A stretch of 64,000 nt of DNA. It comes from Auanema rhodensis. Taxonomy: Eukaryota; Animalia; Nematoda. The notes beneath the pieces are model-generated. The model saw only the letters and a program-made list of their open reading frames with translations. It was not told the origin of the DNA and made no database searches. Position 1 is the first letter of the stretch, and each line of letters starts with the position of its first letter. The DNA lies in NCBI GenBank assembly GCA_964057225.1, contig OZ059897.1, forward strand, positions 2,108,001 through 2,172,000, read 5' to 3'. Below, piece after piece: positions 1-10,530 of the stretch. Position numbers and translations under genes: made by a program.

Positions 1-160
1 GATGCGGATTTTTAAGCTGCGTTGATCTGTGTTATCAGATTTGAGTTAACTTAAAAATGCACCGAGATATCAACTGATATAGGTTCACACTTATATCCTC
101 GATTTTCAAACTGAAGAATTGATTTTTTTGTTGAATAACATTGTCCATCGTCTTCGTCTT

Positions 161-240
161 GAAAAAAGGAATCTAAAAACATCTACTTTTTGTGAAATTA
201 TCTAGAAATTTTTCGGGAAAATTTTTGTCAAAATGTTTTT
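161..240. other. Phased A/T-tract segment, degenerate ~12-bp subrepeat (exemplar copy)
   Basis: GAAATT at 194, GAAATTTTT at 205, GAAAATTTTT at 217 and CAAAATGTTTTT at 229 (spacing 11, 12, 12). These are preceded by A6 at 162, A5 at 175 and T5 at 187. Confidence 0.7.
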
Positions 241-247
241 GGAAGCA

Positions 248-289
248 ATGTTGAGTGTACATGGGAACTCAACATACACTAATGCATTA
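248..289. other. 9-bp inverted repeat plus 10-bp perfect palindrome (exemplar copy; present in each monomer)
   Basis: ATGTTGAGT (248-256) pairs with ACTCAACAT (267-275) across a 10-nt spacer. TAATGCATTA (280-289) is self-complementary, and TGTACA at 256-261 is also palindromic. Confidence 0.92.
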
Positions 290-700
290 TTTTTCAAACG
301 ATCATAACTATTTTCTGTAAATAGCGTTTCTCAATGTAGTATAGTGCATTCGATGCGGATTTTTAAGTTGCGTTGATCTGTGTTATCAGATTTGAGTTAG
401 CTTAAAAATGCACCGAGATATCAACTGATTTATGTTCACACTTATATCCTCGATTTTCACCCTGAAGAAATGATTTTTTCGTTGAATAACATTGTCCATC
501 ATCTTCGTCTTGAAAAAAGGAATCTAAAAACATCTACTTTTTGTGAAATTATTTAGAAATTTTTCGGGAAAATTTTTGTCAAAATGTTTTTGGAAGCAAT
601 GTTGAGTGTACATGGGAACTCAACATACACTAATGCATTATTTTTCAAACGATCATAACTTATTTTTGTATAGAGCGTTTCTCAATGTAGTATAGTGCAT

Positions 701-767
701 TCGATGCGGATTTTTAAGCTGCGTCGATCTGTGTTATCAGATTTGAGTTAGCTTAAAAATGCACCGA
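701..767. other. Imperfect long palindrome at the monomer start (exemplar copy; present in each monomer)
   Basis: ATTTTTAAGCT (710-720) and AGCTTAAAAAT (750-760) are perfect 11-bp reverse complements. There is an inner stem ATCTG/CAGAT (727-731/738-742) around a 6-nt loop. The outer extension TCGATGC/GCACCGA has one mismatch and a 2-nt bulge. Confidence 0.9.
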
Positions 768-3510
768 GATATCAACTGATATATGTTCACACTTATATCC
801 TCGATTTTCACCCTGAAGAAATGAATTTTTCGTTGAATAACATTGTCCATCGTCTTCGTCTTGAAAAAAGGAATCTAAAAACATCTACTTTTTGTGAAAT
901 TATTTAGAAATTTTTCGGGAAAATTTTTGTCAAAATGTTTTTGGAAGCAATGTTGAGTGTACATGGGAACTCAACATACACTAATGCATTATTTTTCAAA
1001 CGATCATAACTAATTTTTGTAAATAGCGTTTCTCAAGGTAGTATAGTGCATTCGATGCGGATTTTTAAGCTGCGTCGATCTGTGTTATCAGATTTGAGTT
1101 AGCTTAAAAATGCACCGAGATATCAACTGATATATGTTCACACTTATATCCTCGACTTTCACCTTGAAGAAATGATTTTTTCGTTGAATAACATTGTCCA
1201 TCGTCTTCGTCTTGAAAAAAGGAATCTAAAAACATCTACTTTTTGTGAAATTATTTAGAAATTTTTCGGGAAAATTTTTGTCAAAATGTTTTTGGAAGCA
1301 ATGTTGAGTGTACATGGGAACTCAACATACACTAATGCATTATTTTTCAAACGATCATTACTAATTTTTCTAAATAGCGTTTCTCGATGTAGTATTGTGC
1401 ATTCGATGCGGATTTTTAAGCTGCGTTGATCTGTGTTATCAGATTTGAGTTAACTTAAAAATGCACCGAGATATCAACTGATATAGGTTCACACTTATAT
1501 CCTCGATTTTCAAACTGAAGAATTGATTTTTTTGTTGAATAACATTGTCCATCGTCTTCGTCTTGAAAAAAGGAATCTAAAAACATCTACTTTTTGTGAA
1601 ATTATCTAGAAATTTTTCGGGAAAATTTTTGTCAAAATGTTTTTGGAAGCAATGTTGAGTGTACATGGGAACTCAACATACACTAATGCATTATTTTTCA
1701 AACGATCATAACTATTTTCTGTAAATAGCGTTTCTCAATGTAGTATAGTGCATTCGATGCGGATTTTTAAGTTGCGTTGATCTGTGTTATCAGATTTGAG
1801 TTAGCTTAAAAATGCACCGAGATATCAACTGATTTATGTTCACACTTATATCCTCGATTTTCACCCTGAAGAAATGATTTTTTCGTTGAATAACATTGTC
1901 CATCATCTTCGTCTTGAAAAAAGGAATCTAAAAACATCTACTTTTTGTGAAATTATTTAGAAATTTTTCGGGAAAATTTTTGTCAAAATGTTTTTGGAAG
2001 CAATGTTGAGTGTACATGGGAACTCAACATACACTAATGCATTATTTTTCAAACGATCATAACTAATTTTTGTATAGAGCGTTTCTCAATGTAGTATTGT
2101 GCATTCGATGCGGATTTTTAAGCTGCGTTGATCTGTGTTATCAGATTTGAGTTAACTTAAAAATGCACCGAGATATCAACTGATATAGGTTCACACTTAT
2201 ATCCTCGATTTTCACCCTGAAGAAGTAGTTTTTTCGTTGAAAAACATTGTCCATCGTCTTCGTCATGAAAAAAGGAATCTAAAAACATCTACTTTTTAAG
2301 AAATTATATAGAAATTTTTCGGGAAAATTTTTGTCAAAATGTTTTTGAAAGCAATGTTGAGTGTACATGGGAACTCAACATACACTAATGCATTATTTTT
2401 CAAATGATCATAACTTATTTTTGTATAGAGCGTTTCTCAATGCAGTAAAGTGCATTCGATGCGGATTTTTAAGCTGCGTCGATCTGTGTTATCAGATTTG
2501 AGTTAGCTTAAAAATGCACCGAGATATCAACTGATATATGTTCACACTTATATCCTCGATTTTCACCCTGAAGAAATAGTTTTTTCGTTGAAAAACATTG
2601 TCCATCGTCTTTGCCTTGAAAAAAGGAATCTAAAAACATCTACTTTTTGTGAAATTATTTAGAAATTTTTCGGGAAAATTTTTGTCAAAATGTTTTTGGA
2701 AGCAATGTTGAGTGTACATGGGAACTCAACATACACTAATGCATTATTTTTCAAACGATCATAACTATTTTCTGTAAATAGCGTTTCTCAATGTAGTATA
2801 GTGCATTCGATGCGGATTTTTAAGTTGCGTTGATCTGTGTTATCAGATTTGAGTTAGCTTAAAAATGCACCGAGATATCAACTGATTTATGTTCACACTT
2901 ATATCCTCGATTTTCACCCTGAAGAAATGATTTTTTCGTTGAATAACATTGTCCATCATCTTCGTCTTGAAAAAAGGAATCTAAAAACATCTACTTTTTG
3001 TGAAATTATTTAGAAATTTTTCGGGAAAATTTTTGTCAAAATGTTTTTGGAAGCAATGTTGAGTGTACATGGGAACTCAACATACACTAATGTATTATTT
3101 TTCAAACGATCATAACTAATTTTTGTATAGAGCGTTTCTCAATGTAGTATAGTGCATTCGATGCGGATTTTTAAGCTGCGTCGATCTGTGTTATCAGATT
3201 TGAGTTAGCTTAAAAATGCACCGAGATATCAACTGATATATGTTCACACATATATCCTCGACTTTCACCCTGAAGAAATGATTTTTTCGTTGAATAACAT
3301 TGTCCATCGTCTTCGTCTTGAAAAAAGGAATCTAAAAACATCTACTTTTTGTGAAATTATTTAGAAATTTTTCGGGAAAATGTTTGTCAAAATGTTTTTG
3401 GAAGCAATGTTGAGTGTACATGGGAACTCAACATACACTAATGCATTATTTTTCAAACGATCATAACTTATTTTTGTATAGAGCGTTTCTCAATGTAGTA
3501 TAGTGCATTC

Positions 3511-3861
3511 GATGCGGATTTTTAAGCTGCGTCGATCTGTGTTATCAGATTTGAGTTAGCTTAAAAATGCACCGAGATATCAACTGATATATGTTCACAC
3601 TTATATCCTCGATTTTCACCCTGAAGAAATGATTTTTTCGTTGAATAACATTGTCCATCGTCTTCGTCTTGAAAAAAGGAATCTAAAAACATCTACTTTT
3701 TGTGAAATTATTTAGAAATTTTTCGGGAAAATTTTTGTCAAAATGTTTTTGGAAGCAATGTTGAGTGTACATGGGAACTCAACATACACTAATGCATTAT
3801 TTTTCAAACGATCATAACTAATTTTTGTATAGAGCGTTTCTCAATGTAGTATAGTGCATTC
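3511..3861 (+). repeat. Representative consensus-type (type A) 351-bp monomer
   Basis: This copy carries the majority base at the diagnostic sites of the monomer body. A hand count of the consensus gives 112 G+C of 351 and 12 CpG. Confidence 0.9.
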
Positions 3862-6800
3862 GATGCGGATTTTTAAGCTGCGTTGATCTGTGTTATCAGA
3901 TTTGAGTTAACTTAAAAATGCACCGAGATATCAACTGATATAGGTTCACACTTATATCCTCGATTTTCACCCTGAAGAAGTAGTTTTTTCGTTGAAAAAC
4001 ATTGTCCATCGTCTTCGTCATGAAAAAAGGAATCTAATAACATCTACTTTTTAAGAAATTATATAGAAATTTTTCGGGAAAATTTTTGTCAAAATGTTTT
4101 TGGAAGCAATGTTGAGTGTACATGGGAACTCAACATACACTAATGCATTATTTTTCAAACGATCATAACTTATTTTTGTATAGAGCGTTTCTCAATGTAG
4201 TATAGTGCATTCGATGCGGATTTTTAAGCTGCGTCGATCTGTGTTATCAGATTTGAGTTAGCTTAAAAATGCACCGAGATATCAACTGATATATGTTCAC
4301 ACTTATATCCTCGATTTTCACCCTGAAGAAATGATTTTTTCGTTGAATAACATTGTCCATCGTCTTCGTCTTGAAAAAAGGAATCTAAAAACATCTACTT
4401 TTTGTGAAATTATTTAGAAATTTTTCGGGAAAATTTTTGTCAAAATGTTTTTGGAAGCAATGTTGAGTGTACATGGGAACTCAACATACACTAATGCATT
4501 ATTTTTCAAACGATCATAACTTATTTTTGTATAGAGCGTTTCTCAATGTAGTATAGTGCATTCGATGCGGATTTTTAAGCTGCGTCGATCTGTGTTATCA
4601 GATTTGAGTTAGCTTAAAAATGCACCGAGATATCAACTGATATATGTTCACACTTATATCCTCGATTTTCACCCTGAAGAAATGATTTTTTCGTTGAATA
4701 ACATTGTCCATCGTCTTCGTCTTGAAAAAAGGAATCTAAAAACATCTACTTTTTGTGAAATTATTTAGAAATTTTTCGGGAAAATTTTTGTCAAAATGTT
4801 TTTGGAAGCAATGTTGAGTGTACATGGGAACTCAACATACACTAATGCATTATTTTTCAAACGATCATTACTAATTTTTCTGAATAGCGTTTCTCGATGT
4901 AGTATTGTGCATTCGATGCGGATTTTTAAGCTGCGTTGATCTGTGTTATCAGATTTGAGTTAACTTAAAAATGCACCGAGATATCAACTGATATAGGTTC
5001 ACACTTATATCCTCGATTTTCAAACTGAAGAATTGATTTTTTTGTTGAATAACATTGTCCATCGTCTTCGTCTTGAAAAAAGGAATCTAAAAACATCTAC
5101 TTTTTGTGAAATTATCTAGAAATTTTTCGGGAAAATTTTTGTCAAAATGTTTTTGGAAGCAATGTTGAGTGTACATGGGAACTCAACATACACTAATGCA
5201 TTATTTTTCAAACGATCATAACTATTTTCTGTAAATAGCGTTTCTCAATGTAGTATAGTGCATTCGATGCGGATTTTTAAGTTGCGTTGATCTGTGTTAT
5301 CAGATTTGAGTTAGCTTAAAAATGCACCGAGATATCAACTGATTTATGTTCACACTTATATCCTCGATTTTCACCCTGAAGAAATGATTTTTTCGTTGAA
5401 TAACATTGTCCATCATCTTCGTCTTAAAAAAAGGAATCTAAAAACATCTACTTTTTGTGAAATTATTTAGAAATTTTTCGGGAAAATTTTTGTCAAAATG
5501 TTTTTGGAAGCAATGTTGAGTGTACATGGGAACTCAACATACACTAATGCATTATTTTTCAAACGATCATAACTAATTTTTGTATAGAGCGTTTCTCAAT
5601 GTAGTATTGTGCATTCGATGCGGATTTTTAAGCTGCGTTGATCTGTGTTATCAGATTTGAGTTAACTTAAAAATGCACCGAGATATCAACTGATATAGGT
5701 TCACACTTATATCCTCGATTTTCACCCTGAAGAAGTAGTTTTTTCGTTGAAAAACATTGTCCATCGTCTTCGTCATGAAAAAAGGAATCTAAAAACATCT
5801 ACTTTTTAAGAAATTATATAGAAATTTTTCGGGAAAATTTTTGTCAAAATGTTTTTGGAAGCAATGTTGAGTGTACATGGGAACTCAACATACACTAATG
5901 CATTATTTTTCAAATGATCATAACTTATTTTTGTATAGAGCGTTTCTCAATGCAGTAAAGTGCATTCGATGCGGATTTTTAAGCTGCGTCGATCTGTGTT
6001 ATCAGATTTGAGTTAGCTTAAAAATGCACCGAGATATCAACTGATATATGTTCACACTTATATCCTCGATTTTCACCCTGAAGAAATAGTTTTTTCGTTG
6101 AAAAACATTGTCCATCGTCTTTGCCTTGAAAAAAGGAATCTAAAAACATCTACTTTTTGTGAAATTATTTAGAAATTTTTCGGGAAAATTTTTGTCAAAA
6201 TGTTTTTGGAAGCAATGTTGAGTGTACATGGGAACTCAACATACACTAATGCATTATTTTTCAAACGATCATAACTAATTTTTGTAAATAGCGTTTCTCA
6301 AGGTAGTATAGTGCATTCGATGCGGATTTTTAAGCTGCGTCGATCTGTGTTATCAGATTTGAGTTAGCTTAAAAATGCACCGAGATATCAACTGATATAT
6401 GTTCACACTTATATCCTCGATTTTCAAACTGAAGAATTGATTTTTTTGTTGAATAACATTGTCCATCGTCTTCGTCTTGAAAAAAGGAATCTAAAAACAT
6501 CTACTTTTTGTGAAATTATCTAGAAATTTTTCGGGAAAATTTTTGTCAAAATGTTTTTGGAAGCAATGTTGAGTGTACATGGGAACTCAACATACACTAA
6601 TGCATTATTTTTCAAACGATCATAACTATTTTCTGTAAATAGCGTTTCTCAATGTAGTATAGTGCATTCGATGCGGATTTTTAAGTTGCGTTGATCTGTG
6701 TTATCAGATTTGAGTTAGCTTAAAAATGCACCGAGATATCAACTGATTTATGTTCACACTTATATCCTCGATTTTCACCCTGAAGAAATGATTTTTTCGT

Positions 6801-9800
6801 TGAATAACATTGTCCATCATCTTCGTCTTAAAAAAAGGAATCTAAAAACATCTACTTTTTGTGAAATTATTTAGAAATTTTTCGGGAAAATTTTTGTCAA
6901 AATGTTTTTGGAAGCAATGTTGAGTGTACATGGGAACTCAACATACACTAATGCATTATTTTTCAAACGATCATAACTAATTTTTGTAAATAGCGTTTCT
7001 CAAGGTAGTATAGTGCATTCGATGCGGATTTTTAAGCTGCGTCGATCTGTGTTATCAGATTTGAGTTAGCTTAAAAATGCACCGAGATATCAACTGATAT
7101 ATGTTCACACTTATATCCTCGATTTTCAAACTGAAGAATTGATTTTTTTGTTGAATAACATTGTCCATCGTCTTCGTCTTGAAAAAAGGAATCTAAAAAC
7201 ATCTACTTTTTGTGAAATTATCTAGAAATTTTTCGGGAAAATTTTTGTCAAAATGTTTTTGGAAGCAATGTTGAGTGTACATGGGAACTCAACATACACT
7301 AATGCATTATTTTTCAAACGATCATAACTATTTTCTGTAAATAGCGTTTCTCAATGTAGTATAGTGCATTCGATGCGGATTTTTAAGTTGCGTTGATCTG
7401 TGTTATCAGATTTGAGTTAGCTTAAAAATGCACCGAGATATCAACTGATTTATGTTCACACTTATATCCTCGATTTTCACCCTGAAGAAATGATTTTTTC
7501 GTTGAATAACATTGTCCATCATCTTCGTCTTGAAAAAAGGAATCTAAAAACATCTACTTTTTGTGAAATTATTTAGAAATTTTTCGGGAAAATTTTTGTC
7601 AAAATGTTTTTGGAAGCAATGTTGAGTGTACATGGGAACTCAACATACACTAATGTATTATTTTTCAAACGATCATAACTAATTTTTGTATAGAGCGTTT
7701 CTCAATGTAGTATAGTGCATTCGATGCGGATTTTTAAGCTGCGTCGATCTGTGTTATCAGATTTGAGTTAGCTTAAAAATGCACCGAGATATCAACTGAT
7801 ATATGTTCACACTTATATCCTCGACTTTCACCCTGAAGAAATGATTTTTTCGTTGAATAACATTGTCCATCGTCTTCGTCTTGAAAAAAGGAATCTAAAA
7901 ACATCTACTTTTTGTGAAATTATTTAGAAATTTTTCGGGAAAATGTTTGTCAAAATGTTTTTGGAAGCAATGTTGAGTGTACATGGGAACTCAACATACA
8001 CTAATGCATTATTTTTCAAACGATCATAACTTATTTTTGTAAATAGCGTTTCTCAATGTAGTATAGTGCATTCGATGCGGATTTTTAAGCTGCGTCGATC
8101 TGTGTTATCAGATTTGAGTTAGCTTAAAAATGCACCGAGATATCAACTGATATATGTTCACACTTATATCCTCGATTTTCACCCTGAAGAAATGATTTTT
8201 TCGTTGAATAACATTGTCCATCGTCTTCGTCTTGAAAAAAGGAATCTAAAAACATCTACTTTTTGTGAAATTATTTAGAAATTTTTCGGGAAAATTTTTG
8301 TCAAAATGTTTTTGGAAGCAATGTTGAGTGTACATGGGAACTCAACATACACTAATGCATTATTTTTCAAACGATCATAACTAATTTTTGTATAGAGCGT
8401 TTCTCAATGTAGTATAGTGCATTCGATGCGGATTTTTAAGCTGCGTTGATCTGTGTTATCAGATTTGAGTTAGCTTAAAAATGCACCGAGATATCAACTG
8501 ATTTATGTTCACACTTATATCCTCGATTTTCACCCTGAAGAAATGATTTTTTCGTTGAATAACATTGTCCATCATCTTCGTCTTGAAAAAAGGAATCTAA
8601 AAACATCTACTTTTTGTGAAATTATTTAGAAATTTTTCGGGAAAATTTTTGTCAAAATGTTTTTGGAAGCAATGTTGAGTGTACATGGGAACTCAACATA
8701 CACTAATGCATTATTTTTCAAACGATCATAACTTATTTTTGTATAGAGCGTTTCTCAATGTAGTATAGTGCATTCGATGCGGATTTTTAAGCTGCGTCGA
8801 TCTGTGTTATCAGATTTGAGTTAGCTTAAAAATGCACCGAGATATCAACTGATATATGTTCACACTTATATCCTCGATTTTCACCCTGAAGAAATGATTT
8901 TTTCGTTGAATAACATTGTCCATCGTCTTCGTCTTGAAAAAAGGAATCTAAAAACATCTACTTTTTGTGAAATTATTTAGAAATTTTTCGGGAAAATTTT
9001 TGTCAAAATGTTTTTGGAAGCAATGTTGAGTGTACATGGGAACTCAACATACACTAATGCATTATTTTTCAAACGATCATAACTTATTTTTGTATAGAGC
9101 GTTTCTCAATGTAGTATAGTGCATTCGATGCGGATTTTTAAGCTGCGTCGATCTGTGTTATCAGATTTGAGTTAGCTTAAAAATGCACCGAGATATCAAC
9201 TGATATATGTTCACACTTATATCCTCGATTTTCACCCTGAAGAAATGATTTTTTCGTTGAATAACATTGTCCATCGTCTTCGTCTTGAAAAAAGGAATCT
9301 AAAAACATCTACTTTTTGTGAAATTATTTAGAAATTTTTCGGGAAAATTTTTGTCAAAATGTTTTTGGAAGCAATGTTGAGTGTACATGGGAACTCAACA
9401 TACACTAATGCATTATTTTTCAAACGATCATAACTTATTTTTGTATAGAGCGTTTCTCAATGTAGTATAGTGCATTCGATGCGGATTTTTAAGCTGCGTC
9501 GATCTCTGTTATCAGATTTGAGTTAGCTTAAAAATGCACCGAGATATCAACTGATATATGTTCACACTTATATCCTCGATTTTCACCCTGAAGAAATGAT
9601 TTTTTCGTTGAATAACATTGTCCATCGTCTTCGTCTTGAAAAAAGGAATCTAAAAACATCTACTTTTTGTGAAATTATTTAGAAATTTTTCGGGAAAATT
9701 TTTGTCAAAATGTTTTTGGAAGCAATGTTGAGTGTACATGGGAACTCAACATACACTAATGCATTATTTTTCAAACGATCATAACTAATTTTTGTATAGA

Positions 9801-10530
9801 GCGTTTCTCAATGTAGTATAGTGCATTCGATGCGGATTTTTAAGCTGCGTTGATCTGTGTTATCAGATTTGAGTTAACTTAAAAATGCACCGAGATATCA
9901 ACTGATATAGGTTCACACTTATATCCTCGATTTTCACCCTGAAGAAGTAGTTTTTTCGTTGAAAAACATTGTCCATCGTCTTCGTCATGAAAAAAGGAAT
10001 CTAATAACATCTACTTTTTAAGAAATTATATAGAAATTTTTCGGGAAAATTTTTGTCAAAATGTTTTTGGAAGCAATGTTGAGTGTACATGGGAACTCAA
10101 CATACACTAATGCATTATTTTTCAAACGATCATAACTTATTTTTGTATAGAGCGTTTCTCAATGTAGTATAGTGCATTCGATGCGGATTTTTAAGCTGCG
10201 TCGATCTGTGTTATCAGATTTGAGTTAGCTTAAAAATGCACCGAGATATCAACTGATATATGTTCACACTTATATCCTCGATTTTCACCCTGAAGAAATG
10301 ATTTTTTCGTTGAATAACATTGTCCATCGTCTTCGTCTTGAAAAAAGGAATCTAAAAACATCTACTTTTTGTGAAATTATTCAGAAATTTTTCGGGAAAA
10401 TTTTTGTCAAAATGTTTTTGGAAGCAATGTTGAGTGTACATGGGAACTCAACATACACTAATGCATTATTTTTCAAACGATCATAACTAATTTTTGTAAA
10501 TAGCGTTTCTCAAGGTAGTATAGTGCATTC

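Larger units (their letters stand above)
1..7371. repeat. Left satellite sub-domain containing type-D monomers
   Basis: The marker CAAACTGAAGAATTGATTTTTTTG occurs in monomers starting 1, 1405, 4915, 6319 and 7021. TGCAGTAAAG occurs at 2441 and 5951. Confidence 0.8.

Noticed and set aside
212-219. TTCGGGAA heat-shock-element-like motif (and STAT-like TTCGTTGAA at monomer 127-135)
   Set aside because: There are only two nGAAn units, with the third out of phase. Such short motifs are expected by chance and no gene is nearby.
1-351. Monomer as a dimer of ~175-bp or trimer of 117-bp subunits
   Set aside because: I saw no convincing internal similarity at those offsets by eye; a self dot plot would be needed to exclude ancient subunits.
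2-352. Monomer is 117 codons and one + frame has only 3-4 TAA/TAG stops, so consensus monomers would be open under the ciliate code as a giant repeat protein
   Set aside because: The common T23 variant creates an in-frame TGA in B and C monomers, and 1-bp indels shift the frame for ~20 kb. Only about a quarter to a third of common variants are synonymous (roughly neutral), and one stop-poor frame out of six is unremarkable.
477-493. CENP-B box-like TTTCGTTGAA
   Set aside because: It matches only the 5' part of YTTCGTTGGAARCGGGA; the essential CGGG is absent at the required position.
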